Positions 26,516 through 40,017 of a DNA stretch of 64,000 nt are shown in pieces. This stretch comes from Lama glama. Taxonomy: Eukaryota. A model generated the notes under the pieces. It had not been told where the DNA came from and made no database searches. It was given only the letters and a program-made list of their open reading frames with translations. The DNA lies in the NCBI GenBank assembly GCA_028534125.1, contig CM052817.1, positions 102,426,001-102,490,000 of the forward strand, given 5' to 3'. Made by a program: the position numbers and the translations under genes. Each line of letters begins with the position of its first letter. Position 1 is the stretch's first letter.

Positions 26516-29500
26516 GAATTAGAGAAACAGGACATCGACAAAACGGGGAGAATGACGTTCATCAGCAGGAGATTCACTCTGATGGCAACGATTTGTCAAT
26601 GGTATCCCCTAGACCCCTCTGTCTCTCCCATCCCCACCTGACACACAGTATCCTCAGTGAATCAGAGTAAGATACTTCCAATTATCATCATCTTGATTGA
26701 CATTCAGTACATGTGCTTGTTAATGTGATGTTTTATGTACAACAGGTGTCATAGCCCAGCTTCCCCTCTACTACTCACACCTGAAAAAAATTTCCAACTG
26801 CTCAAGCCATAGAAGATTACTTCCAGCATATTCTGCATAAAGAACAGCCTGAAGGGAATTCAGTACTAAGGTATGGTTCAACTTCAGTGACTGAATTACC
26901 ACATCTATATTTGAGACTTACAAATATTTGAGGGCGTCGACTTTGAATTAGGAGATCAATAGTTTTATTTTGATTCTAGGGCTTTTATCTTTTGCCCACA
27001 TTATGGGAGAAATAAAAAAGCAGAAGGCATGATCTTTATCCTTCAAAATGAATGGGCCATCTTACTAAATTGGCACTCTTTGTACATCTGTTAGATTGGC
27101 AAGATTTGGGGCATCTAGAGGTCAATACAGAACCCTTTGATACATGCTAAACTGGGTAGTCTAGATACTAACCCGGGCGATGGGAGAGAGCTGTGTGACG
27201 TCGGCGAGGGAAAAACTTGATGGCCCTTTAAATGCTGCTTCCGTTTCAGAATTTTAATACAATTGAATCATATGCCAGAGAATATTTATTCATGAAATGT
27301 AAATTTCTTTTGGTTGCTCACTCTAAGTGAAATGTAAATAGTCTACCTTTTTTAAAATTCAAAAGTTTTTAAATATATAAAAATATATTAAAATTATGAG
27401 ATAGCATATACATGTTAAAACTCTGTATATTTATCGTTTGACTTGTTATGTTGTTTGCTTCAGTGATGATTAACATTTCCAATGAAAAATACACTATACA
27501 GTTTTTCTTTTAATTAGATGATGATTTCATTATTATTTAGCTTCTTTTCATTTTCTGATAGCTGACTTTTAGAAATTCATACATCTTAACAGTTTAATCT
27601 AAGACTAGAGGATTGGAATAAACAATCAGCAGATAATTTATTTACTGTCCAAAATCAGCCATCAAAATGTTCAAAGCTAAAGGTGGTATAATAGATGCTA
27701 CTACTTCTATATAAATAATCTTTTCTGTAGCCTTGATTTTGGAATGTGGTCCTACTTAAAAACATTGCAAGTTTCCTTTCCTTTAGTTTGTTAACATTCT
27801 ATGCCTGACTAAAAGCAACAGTGAGGCTCTACATTATTTTTGGCACTGCTTCACCCCCAAATTAAGCCAGTTGGCACTCCCTCACACTCTAGGTGGGTTT
27901 TATGAAGTGCTCTGGCTTACGTTTGATGTTTGAAAATGTCAAATCAGTAGCTGTTAGCGCCGGAACGCGCTGCTGCAGTTTGATAAACAACCTTTAGAAG
28001 GCAGAGCATTGCAGTTTTTGCAAGAGTTTTGGGAAGACAGGCAGGGACCAAAATCATCAGTGTTTTGAGTGAGAGGAGAGTTTAAATGGGCTGGGCTTGC
28101 AACTGAAGAGTTATGGGGCAAGGCTCAGCAGAGGACTGTGGTGCAGTAGACCCAGTCAGAACAGGGCGAAGCTGTTGGCAGGTTGAAACCTACCATCTTA
28201 GCCAAATAGGGAGGGCTGAGAACATTATCAGATGAGTTAGCAGCCTACCAAGAATTTCTTAAGGAACATAAAACAGCCAGATAAGCAGAGGCTGAGGTCT
28301 AGCCTCGAGCTATTACTATTACTTCCTGTAAGCGGTTTCAATGAGCTCTATTAAACTTAGACCTTCTCTCTCTCTGGGCAGACACAAGCCTTCTATGTTC
28401 ATATTTGTTGGACTCTGTTTGTTGGGACAGATCAGCAGCTATATTTTCACTCCCTAGCCCTGAGTCGTGTTTGTGCAGAAAAGCAGTGCTCTGCCCAGAG
28501 ACCTGAGCAGGGCCTGTCTTCCAGGCTGAGTCCTCTGATTGCCTTTTTAGCCTCCTTTGTGGGGCTTTTACTCTGGCCTCTCCCCACCCCCACATCCCGG
28601 GCCAAGGGCCAGGCTTATAAAACCAGGCTTTGGATCAGGGCTTACACATACATTGCCTATAAAAATGTCTCTGAATCGGCAATAATTAATCTCCTGTGCA
28701 ACTGTATGTGGCTCTGAAATGCTGTGTGTGCTTAGCAATTGCTCTAACTGGAAACAGATCTATGGAGGTTGGTCAGGGATGGTATAAATATCCTCAGTCA
28801 GTGGGAGAAAAACATCTAGGAATATTTCTGTTACTGTCTCTTTAATAAAGCTTTTAAAACTACTGAACTCTGATCTTGGGTTTCTAAGAGTTACTGTATC
28901 CAGTGTGATTTGATTCCATTGTAATGTCAGGCCATCTAATGTCAGATAAGTGACTTTCAACTCAGGGCATTCAGAAATTCATGGGAGTGTTTTTTTTTTT
29001 AAGTTATTACTACAATTTTATTTTATTTTTTAACACCTTTACTGTGGTTTGGTTCCTCTACGGTAAACTACACGTACTTCGGATGTACACTTTGATGAAT
29101 TTTGATAGATGTATACGCCAATGAAACCACCACCACAATCAAGGTAGCTCACATTTCCGTCACTCCCCAAGAGGTGGAATTTTTCAAATTCCCAATTTAT
29201 CCCTTCCCACCCAATGGGAGTGTCTTTTTGGGTTATCACAATGAGAGGGGAAACAATACTGGCACTGAGTGGACAGGAGCCAGTGATGCTAAACTTCCTG
29301 TAATACACAAGACAGTCCTGCAAAACCTGGAGGAACCTCACATAACATTCCCACAGCACACCAATGGTTGACAACACTTGTAGTGCACTCTAGTTGACTC
29401 GCAGCTGCGTTCCCACTAGTTACTGTCGCAGACATTTTTGGTTCTCAGAACCACTCAGTTACTGCCGTAATTTCGCATTCTTATTTTCTCAGACTCTTCA

Positions 29501-29699
29501 TATCATTCAACAGAAACTTTGTCAAATTCCCTCCATGTGTGCCCACCCTGTTCTCCTTCCTACCTTCTCAGAGAAAGAAAGCTTTCCAAGGGTAACAACG
29601 GCTCCACCCAAGGTGTTGGTCCCATCCATCCCAACTCAGTCTCTTGCATCTTCAGTGCATTGCCAGTCCCTTCTTCCCTTGAGAAAAGTGCCTGGGGGT

Positions 29700-29830
29700 G
29701 GGGTGTGAGGGGCGTATAGCTCAGTGGCAGAACACCTGCTTAGCATGCACGAGGTCCTGGGTTCAATCCCCAGTACTTCTGTTAGCAATAAACTTTTAAA
29801 AATAAAATAAATGCAATAAAGCAAGCAAAG
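29700..29830 (+). mobile_element. tRNA-derived SINE (Vic-1-like)
   Basis: gtatagctcagtggcagaacacctgcttagcatgcacgaggtcctgggttcaatccccagtac followed by an A-rich tail. Confidence 0.88.
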
Positions 29831-31871
29831 TTTTTTTTTATTTAATTGCTTGATTTTTCTATCCCAAATACCAAATAAAAGTAAAAACAAAAACTCTTAA
29901 ACCTGCTACTTAGCCCCTCAAATTAACATTGCATTTTATTTCTTCATCATCCACTGGCTCCTAAGACACTCATGATCTGGTTTCCAGTCCCCGGTTCTGT
30001 TCCCTTGAGGATTTCCTCCATGGTCTGTTGCCCGACCACTCACTCTTCAAATTCCTTGCATTTTTCTCCAAAACTGGATCCTTGATATGCCTCTGACAGA
30101 AGGTCATTCCTTCTCCCATTGCTTCCGTGGCCTCTTGAAGTTCCCGAGAAGACTAGGGGCAACCAACACCATACGGGCATCTTCCTGCGCTCCGTGGTAA
30201 CATTTCCATCTCTGTGCCTGCGTAGGATCCTGGCTGTTTCATCTTCCAGGCTCCTTTTCCTCATCCTTTTCCCATACCGCAGATACAGGATTGGCTGCAC
30301 TCCACTCACTGTACTTAGCCTTCTTCTCAATTAGGTGAATGATCTGCAAACCTACACACCTAACTAACCATAACCCTTCAGTTGAACTCCAGGCCAGAAT
30401 GCCAGCTGCCTGACAGGTAACTCCACCCAATAGTTCACTATCACTCCTTAAATTTAACAAAATAAAATCTACAACGTTTTAATGTGTTTCTCTTATAGCA
30501 CTTTAAGTTTGGGGATTATTTTTATGGGTGACTGTCTCTATGACCATCCTAGGGGCTCTAGGATGTGAAGACAACAATGGTTTCTTATTTAATCTCTGCT
30601 CTAGAATCTAGTGTTTTAGAAATGTTAATTGGATAGTAAAGAAATTGATGATTGAGTGAAGACTTAAAGGTCCTTTGGAAAATAGACTGTGTCCGTCATA
30701 TCTGTGGTCCAATACTGAGCACACTGCTCGGCACGTTGTAGGAACCATACAAATATTTTTTGAGTTAATCTGTCTCCTTGTCTTCCAACGCCAGCTTCTA
30801 CTATTTTCTTTCCTACCGATGTCAGTGATACTACCACTTTCCTAGTTGCCCAAGTTGCAAAGCTCAATCTTTTCCGATCTTTCTCTGGTCATCAAATCCA
30901 ATAAGTCACCAAGGCTGATAAATCTCCCTCAAAGATTTGAAATATTCCATTTTATGTCATTTCCACTGTCACCGTGCCGGTGTGCGCATCCCCATAGACC
31001 AGTATTTTCCAGTCTGCTATCAAGTACTCTGTCAGAGGTTAATAGAGGTATACTAAACAAACACACACAAATCAAGAACTGGCTGAACAGGACCAAAGGA
31101 GCCTGGGAGGTAGATACTAGGGGTCAGTTGAAGAATCTCCTTCCAATTAGCAGCCTCTCCGAAACTTTAATTGGCTAAATATATATTTCAAATACCATTA
31201 AAAGGCAATATAATTTATTATATAGCATTTTTCAGAATTATTTTACCATTGAAGCATTTTTCTGATATTACATAAATTTCTGTCTCCTGAAAAAGAGTTC
31301 CACATAGAGCCTAAGTTTGGGAAATATAGACCCCAAACTACCATAATAGCATCCTGGTTGCTCTCTTCGACTTCAGCTCATCTTTTTTTGCCCCCAAATC
31401 CATCATTAAAAAGAATGCCTAAACTAGTCTTCTTGAAACCCAGCTCCAATAGATTATTCTCTTGTTTACCACCCAGCCCCTAAAAAATAGGAGATTCTTA
31501 ATGGCACCTAATGATTTACCTAATAAATGTTCCAAACATCTAATTCTTTAGCATGGTACAATGGACAGGATAAATTAGATAGTAATGCTGCATTAGCAAG
31601 CAATTCATAAATCTCAGTGGATTAAAACAACATTTTTTTTTTTGCTCATGTTGTGTTCATCATATGTCAGCAGGAAGACTGCTCAGTTTTAGTGGCTCAG
31701 GAACTCAGGCTGATGGACTCATGCCAGAGGGAAGAGAGAGCTCTGGAGTGTCTTGAACTGGCAATGAAATACTTAAACCAGGAAATGACACGGGTCACTT
31801 CTACTTAAAACTTAGTGGCCAGAACTAGTCATATGATCCCATCTCAACACAAGAGGGACAGGAAGTGCAAT

Positions 31872-32416
31872 TGTTACCCCAAAAGAAGGGAAAAGACTGC
31901 AGTTCTTGTCATACCCAAAAGATAAGAATTCAGATGGGAGACAAAGCGTTGTGTAGCAAAAGATTTTAAAGGCTTGATTAGCAAAGGGAAGTACCCCTCC
32001 AAGAATGGGAGGCGGGCTGATCCAAGGGGGTGTAGCGATGGTCTTTGTTTGCTCCCTTCTCTTATATCCTCGCTTAGCAGTGGTCTCTTGATTGACAGCT
32101 CTTGCCCCTGGAGTTGCTCAGTCATGCTCATCCCCTTTTGCAAATGTCTTTACCCGTGATGCACACAGAAAAACCCATGGGGGCCTAACCTGCAATGCCG
32201 ATTATATTACAATGAGCACTGGGTCATGTCTGGTTAGGTCCTTGTCACTACTGCACAGTGGTGGCTGTCAGGTTCCAACCAGATTCTTGCTAGCACTCGT
32301 TTAGAGAAAGCAAAGCCCCTTTATGCTGGAGGCGGGCCTACTGCTATCTTCTGGACCCTTCTCCCTCTCCTCCACCTTATCTGCCCAGTGCCCCCGACTT
32401 ATCTAACTACCTAACG
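31872..32416 (-). mobile_element. Solo LTR (family B) nested in a MaLR/MLT1-like LTR (~31560-32490)
   Basis: tgttaccc...cctaacg flanked by CAAT/CAAT; its left ~100 bp recur at 21444-21540. The flanks carry MLT1-type motifs (aatctcagtgg..taaaacaaca; ggccagaactagtcatatg). Confidence 0.75.
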
Positions 32417-35400
32417 CAATTATATGCCCCAAAAGAGGGCTTATGTTGAACCAAAATATATGGCAAGTGACACTAACGACTACCACACATAGCATTCTTG
32501 CTCTCTATAAGCTTCTCTGATCTATCTTGGTTTATTTATTTTATTATTCACCCTACATTTCAGTCAACTGAGGTCATTTCTTCGATTCATTCAATAACCA
32601 GTAAATATTTATCGTGTACCTACAGTGTGTTGGGCTCTGTGATCAGACTGGAAAAACAACTGTGAACAAGCCCCAGGGAGGGAGACAGACAATGCAGAGT
32701 TGATTCCATGACTGAGAGATGAGGGTCCCCCAGGACTAGAGGCTCCCAGGGGCTGAGCACCAAACCCCAGCCTCGTGTGTATGGTAGCAGACCGGCAGGG
32801 AGCAGGTGGAAGCAAAGGTGAGAGAGACCCAATTGAATCAACGTGCTGAGATGGAGGAGAGGGGGTGGCCCTGTGAGAAGGAGGGAATGAGAGAAAGGGC
32901 ACTTCAGGCTCAGGGGACAGAGAGGGAATTTGCAAGTAGGATAGAGAAACCGATGAGGCTGAGGACGGGAACCTTGGTCAGGACGTGGTGAGCCTCTTTG
33001 CTGCGCTACAGAACACCGACCTTAAAAGCCCCAAAAGGTAAGCTGGGCTTTCCCAGGTCCGTGTTTCGGATCTCACTATTTCTAACAACCTGTCCTTTTC
33101 CATCCATCTTCTCACAACCAAATACTCACATCTACCTTTACTAACCCTAGTTCAAATGATTCTCTCCTTGTGAACGGTCCTTAATTCTTCCAAGCGAAGA
33201 AATCTCCATTTTTCACTGTTTAATTGCTTTCTGCCTTGCTTTGGCTTGTCTGCCGATCTTGTAGTAAAGTTGCTGGCTCTCCTTTCTGGCACCATCACCT
33301 TCTTGAAGGATTGGGAGTATGTTTTGTTCTTCATCCATCCTGTCCTTACATTCTTTCCTGCTGGGCAGCAACACATAGTTGATCCTCAATAAATATTTGT
33401 GACTCTTAGATCACTTTTTCATAGATGTTTAGTATCAATTTGTAGCTCATGTTTAGTACTGAAGAGAATATTTTTTCAATAAGAAAATATCTTTAGTGAA
33501 GGAAATCTTTAAATGTATTCACTTCTTTTTTGAGAGAGTTTGGGGGGGGTCACTATAAAATACTTCAAACTGTTAAATTGTGTAATTGGGGGAATGACGT
33601 TTTGAAAATGGAAAGTAAAGCCATTAGAGGAAAGGTTAGAAAATTTTATTTAATTTGTAGGAGGAAATTATAAGGATTAAGTTATGATGTCTTAGTTCCT
33701 AAAGTTTTACTTTTTAAGTTTCATTTTTGTGTGGGTGGAAAGATACATTCCACTGGTTTTTTTCACACACATTGTGAATATCATTTATAAACAGTTATGT
33801 AATTAAATAAAAGTATTTTAGGAAAATATACATTTTCCATGTTTCTACTTTTTTTTTTTTAGTTTTCTGCCTTTAAAGAAAAACTCTTCTGTCCCCAAGG
33901 AAATTGATTTGCATCGAATGAAGGTATTTTGTCACAAAAAGCAAGCTTTATATATATTCTGTTGCTCTTGCATTTCTGTTTCAGTGAATATTCAATATTT
34001 GAGTAAAGTAATAAAGTGCATTCCCTAAGAATGTAATAGTTTCTTAAATATTCAGCATTAAATGAAGTTTAATCTTGTGTGTGTAGATTTATGCCCACAT
34101 ATTGGTTTCCTGAGGAGATTTTACTAAAACAGATGATATCCTAAAGTCGAAATCACCCACCCACTCTTTACCTTAAATATTGAAGCAGATGTAATATATT
34201 CATTGATCTCTAAGGATGTCCATAAAGTTCCTACTAGTTCCTTGCCACCCTCTCACACTGCCCCCTTTGTTATCTGTAGGATGTCCTGAGAATAGAGCCA
34301 TTGCACTAGGGACTGAAAAACTAATTACCCTGTGTAATTCCAATTTTGTGCTCATTAACAACCTGCCCTAATCAGTTGGGCATTTGGGCTAAATAGCACC
34401 AGCAGCATGGGGTGCTGAATTTAAATACTACCCCAGAATACAATAATTAAAAAATAATATGGTTATTATCAATATTTGGATAATCATGGAAATTTGCTAC
34501 CAGATTCTAGGAAATGTGTAGACCTAGAAAAGCAATTTCTGATTTTGTTAACTAGAGAACCATGTGGCTACCACATGGCTTACCTTCTGATCAGTGATAC
34601 CGCAACCCACCCACCTCCCTCAACATACACACACACACACACACACACACATGCATGCAGTGCTGAAATTTTCCTGAGAACAAAGACTTTGGTTTGTCAT
34701 TCTTCCTGATAAATTCATCATAGTGGAGTAATTGGGACATAATGTTTCCTATCAGTACTGGAGAACACCACACAAAACATCTCTGACTATATTTGAATAA
34801 CTTAATGTTTAGATTGACTTCTAAAGCTGCTAGGATTGTCTTTGTGTAGCATCATTTCCTAGGTGTGCTCAATCACAATGAAATTGTGAAAGTCGGAATA
34901 CATTTAAATTCAAGATTTTTATTTTGGGGGTAAATAAACTTGGAGAAAAACATCTACTTTCCTGGGGGCCATTTGGTAACTTCACTAAGAAAGAAGGAGT
35001 AAATTGTTTCTAGTTGCTTTGAGCGAACCCATATGGTGCCAATCATTACCAACACTGGCCAACCAGAGGGCTGAATTTCACTAGCATTTTTGGGATTTCG
35101 TCTGATCATCTGTTGCTGCTATGGCTAATTCTATGCAGAGACATTTTCTTTCTTGTGTTTTCATTTAATACTTTCCAGAGACTACCTATAAACAGTTGAT
35201 AATGTTCTATTTTTCCATATAATTCACTAATAATAATTTAGCCAAACAGGAAATTCTCCTGGACGTCTGATCTCTAGTGAATACTGAAACCGAGCTCAGC
35301 ATATTGAAGGAAGCAATTAAGAAGGCACCCCATTGTGTCTAGGTATGCTAGGTCAGCCAAAACAGAGGAGCTTTCTGTTTTTACGAGCTTTTGTCAAATT

Positions 35401-37213
35401 TAAAGTATGTTACATTTTAAAAGAAAAATTTAAAAGAATTTGTTAGGAGCAATGCTACTCTATAAACATTTATTTTTTAAAATTATTCTTCACGTAATTT
35501 GAAGATGACTTTTTTGAAACGAATGACTTAGATATGCCAATAAAAGTACCTCTTCAATTTGCACACAAAAAAAGTAATAAAAACCATAGGTATTTTCTAG
35601 CTAATTATATATACACACACTATAGTATGTGTGTGTAAGTGTGTGTGTACATGCTATACATCATACCAGTCACGTGATGATCATTAATTGTGAAAGACTG
35701 CAAAGGTCTCCTGTTTCATCCCTGTACTCAGTGGGCGCTCCTCAATTCCCCTGGAACATGGTAGCTAATGCGCATTCTGACCTTTGGCTCTTCCACTGGT
35801 TTCTCTCCGGTGCAGCCCCGGTCATGACTAGCCCTTGTACCGGGTCCACCACTTACCAAGCGCAGCTGCGCTTTTCACGTACTGACTCATGGAACCCTCA
35901 CAGCGACTCCCTCAGCCATCACCTCCCAACTCCTTTTCTTTCTTCCACTTCTCATTGAACTCAACTGATTTTTCATAGAATCTCTTCTCTTGCTTCCTAT
36001 AGTCTCATATTCAGACTTATTTCTTCTTCTTTTTTTCTGACCTAGTTCCCTCTTTGTGTCACTAGTTTATCTTCCTGACATATTTTTCCTGCTCTCCATC
36101 ACATTTTTTTTTTTAGTACTTTCACTTTTCCTAAAACCCTTTTCCCAGCAGTGAGCTTTCAGGGTGCGTGCTCAGCAGAGGTTCACGTTCCCATTGCAGG
36201 GTGGGTGTGGGGTGGAGGGAGGCAGACGGGCAGGCTGGGTGCCTGGGAAGTCACTCACAATGACAGGGCAGAGTGCCAGTTTGAGTTCAGAGAGAAGTAG
36301 TCAGTCAGATTGCTCGTCAGATTAGCAATCTCATGGGAAATAAAAACATACCTTCTCTAATGAGTCAGTCAAGTACTCACCCTTCCTGGTGAAGAGCTTA
36401 AGAAACGAGCTTGCATCAGAGTCACAGATAATTTTATACAGACCATAGTAAAGATCCTTGTCGGAAGTAGCATGTTAACCCCAGCACAGTGTCCTGTATG
36501 TAGAAGGACTTCGTGAATGTATATTGAGCTGTATCAATGCATTCAATGGGTCTTACTTACTTAGTGGAAGTCTATTTGACCCCTTCAGGGTTTTTCAGCA
36601 CTTATGAATTCACTTATTCCTCCTCACAACCTTTTTATGATACCAGGTGGGAAGTACAGCACACAATGATGAAATAATTTACCTAAGGGCATAGTAGTCG
36701 AGCCAGATTCAAACCCAAGCAGGCTAGCTCCGCAGTCTGTGCTGTGGACCACTCTGCTCCATCACCTCACCTCACCAGAGGAACGCCTGCCACAGGCTTC
36801 CTCTCTGCAACCAGGAGTCAGACGTTCTCCTGTGTATTATTTCTTTTTGCAGAGTTGGGCATTTATGCTTCCGAGGTATAATGGGACGTGAGGTGCATGC
36901 GGGTTTGAGGCTTTGCCTTGATCCAGCGCTGATGTGCTTAAAGTGATCCAGATTTTAATAGTGTGAGTATCTTAAGCTTAGTTTGCTGCTAGTTTGAACA
37001 GGAGACGAACTTCTGTTTTTCAAGAATCTGGTAAAATATTTTTGTGGGTTTTAAATATTAAGATTAGTACCTTGATTCTTAGTTATCTGAAGTTTAGTGA
37101 TCTGTTTCAGTAAATAAATTGTTAATCTCATTCACAGCTTCTCTCTCTGCACCATTCCTCTCTTGCATTAGTTGGACACTGATACTTCTAAAGTATGATG
37201 GGTTGTGTGGTAC

Positions 37214-38142
37214 TGAGACAGGAAGGAAGGGGGCAGGGCACAGTCATTAAAGGAATAACGCAGCATTTAGCACCAAGATGGTGGAAAAGTCAACTCCCAA
37301 TAGACCTGGGGGCCCAGGATGGTGGGAGATTTGACTTCCAGTAGACCTTGAGCTTCATTATAGGCTCATTGTACTATATTAGCATGGTAAATGGCACTCC
37401 CGCAGATGCCATGACAGTTCTTTTTTTTAAAATTTTTTTTGACTTATGGTAGATTTATTTAGAGAGATACATACTGCATAGAGTGCAGGCTGTTTCAGAA
37501 GGTGAGAGAGAGGCCACAAGGTGTCAGGGTTGGGTGCTCAGGTTAAAGTAAAAGTAGGTACATACTCCACAGACAGAGTGCAGGCTGTCTCCAAAGAGGA
37601 GGGAGTGAAAAGGGGAGGCCAGGCATGGTGTTGCCAGCTTTTATGGGCTCAGCAGTTTCATATGCTAACAAGTGGGAGGACCATTCTCACTACCCTGGGG
37701 AAGGGGTGGGGATGCCCAAGAACTGGGCCACTGTCCACTCTTTGACCTTTTATGGTCAACCTCCAAGCTGGTCCTGACATTTCTGAGGCTGACCATAAAA
37801 GGTCAAAAATTGGGCGTTGGCCCAATTCCTGGGAATTCCTGCCCCTTCCCGAAAGTAGTTGGAATAATCCTCCTACTCATTAGCATAGGAAATTACCAAG
37901 CCCATAAAAACTAACAACCCCACACCTCATGGTCGCTCTCTCTCTTGCCTTCTGAGACGGCCTACACTCTGTCTATGGAGTGTACGCCTCTCTGAACAAA
38001 TCTACCTTTATTCAACTATGGTTCACTCTTGAATTCTTTCCTGCATGAAGCCAAGGAGCCTCACTTGGTGGGACTTGTCTCAGGGACTCAACCAAGACCT
38101 GGGACATGGCCATCCTCTCACGCCCCATGTTTTCCGGTATCA
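37214..38142 (+). mobile_element. Solo LTR (family A) with a nested antisense LTR retrocopy
   Basis: TGAGACAGGAAGGAAGGGG...GGTATCA with TG/CA ends; reverse complement of the LTRs at 21948-22492 and 44548-45160; flanks GTAC/CTAC. Confidence 0.88.
37422..37774 (-). mobile_element. Polyadenylated, 5'-truncated copy of a family-A LTR transcript
   Basis: Poly(T) at 37421-37440; minus-strand AATAAA ~14 nt before the tail; TSD TGACAGTTCT (37412-37421) / TGACATTTCT (37775-37784). Confidence 0.82.
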
Positions 38143-39264
38143 CTACATGTGGGTTTGGGGCTTTGCCCTGACCTAGCACTGATGTGCTTAAAGTGATTCC
38201 ACTTTACATAATATGAATCAATCTCGGCTAATATTTCCTCCTTCTTTGAGCTTCTAAAGGATCTTATATTATTCTCTTGTCACAGACTGCCCTGGATTGT
38301 TATGGAATACTAGTACTTGTCCGTATTTGTCCATAAATCAAAAAATAAATGAAAGAAGCCTGGGGAGAATTCTGTATCACCTGAAATTCACAAGCAGACT
38401 TATGTGTGAATATAATTTCAGTTATTATGGAAATATGATTAATAATGGTTCTTATATAACTTTGAATCTCATTAAGTCCACATTCCGCCTGGCTATATGT
38501 ACATAGAAAAAAAATGAGTCAAATTTATATTAACAATCATCAGCTTACAAAGGAAATAGTAACCTAGGGCAGGTTCTCTTATTTAAAATTAATTTTTGCT
38601 TGAAATAACAACATTTAGAAATTGCTCTTAAATATGGCCTTTCTTCATTTGAGTAATAAGGAAGGTATTTAATACTATGTAAAATTGGTAACTGAAATTG
38701 CACAGTTGAAAAAAAATCAAAGACTAGTTTCAGTTCCTCGAAGGTAAAAAGTTTGAGAGGGAAAAAAAAATCTGGTACCAATCTTTTGATTAACACAATA
38801 TATCCTGCGTGTAGACATCAAAACAAAATGAAAAAAATTATTTTCAAGACATCGATGATGAAACTGTCTTCTATCAGTCTTATAGAAGTCTTATATGTAT
38901 AAATAATTTTTATACATCCTTGCATAGCTTCAATTATATTCACTGGTTTCCATGTTATTATTCAATAAATTAACCAAAGCACTGTTTAAAATATCGTAAG
39001 TAAAGGAAAATATTTTGTTACTAGATGACAGTGAATTTACCTCCAAGCAATTCAGCTACCTTTCCCTTTTCATTCAGTTTCCCCATTTTTGCCTTGCTCC
39101 TTTCACAGATACACATCTTGGTCCCAGTAGCCTGTTTCACGCTGCCCTAGACAGTGTGGATCTTCTCTGAACAATTTCCATTCATGCACACATGGACAGA
39201 AATACACACATATATAAAATAGTCCATTAGTCCATACTATTATATGATATGTGTGTGTGCGTAC

Positions 39265-39730
39265 TGTTGGGCCCTCTGATGTCCTTAAAGTCCAACGGCC
39301 TCCCACTCCTGGGCTCTCAGACATCTGCCTGTGATCCCTCAACAGATAAAGTACATTCTTTACTGGGCATGTTTCCCCTAACAAACTAAAAGCCCTAGGT
39401 AATGCCTAATCTCACCATAGCTCAGGCTGGCTTGGTTCCGCACACCTTAGAGTCATAAACCCCACCGCCCTTCACAGACTCTAAACTTCTTGCATCACCT
39501 GCAACCAGACTTGCGCACAAACCAATCAGGCACCTTGTGACCAGACCCTTATAAAATAGCCCAACTACCAGCCCTCGGTCCTCACACAGACACCTCTCTT
39601 ATGTGTGGCCCGCTGCTGTCTATGGCAGCATGCCCCAAAAAACTCCTTTCTATTCCCATACTTTATCTCTGGTAAATTCTTTTATCAACCCACATGTCAT
39701 GGACCAGCCACCCTATTGTGTCCCACAACA
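39265..39730 (+). mobile_element. Solo LTR (family C)
   Basis: TGTTG...CAACA inverted ends, CCAAT (~39521) and TATAAAA (~39550), flanks CGTAC/CATAC. Confidence 0.75.
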
Positions 39731-40017
39731 CATACATATATATTTTTCCCACATTCTAAGTGCAATGAACACTGGACAGAAGATACAATATAACTTTGTG
39801 TTATGATCTTTAGTACATCTTCCCTGTGAACAATTTCACTTTCAGAATACTGCCTATTGAGATATTCTGACTTCAGCATATACTTCATGGTATCTGATCA
39901 AAGGCTCAAAGGCCAAAAAAAAAAAAAAATCAGAGGAAAAAAAAAATTCATCCTGATACCGGCCTCATGATTTACACCATATAAGCCATGTGTATAGACG
40001 TCTTGCTTGCTACCACC

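Noticed and set aside
29715..29775. tRNA gene-like sequence (also at 8685-8745)
   Set aside because: SINE head with an A-rich tail, TSDs and multiple diverged copies; not a tRNA gene.
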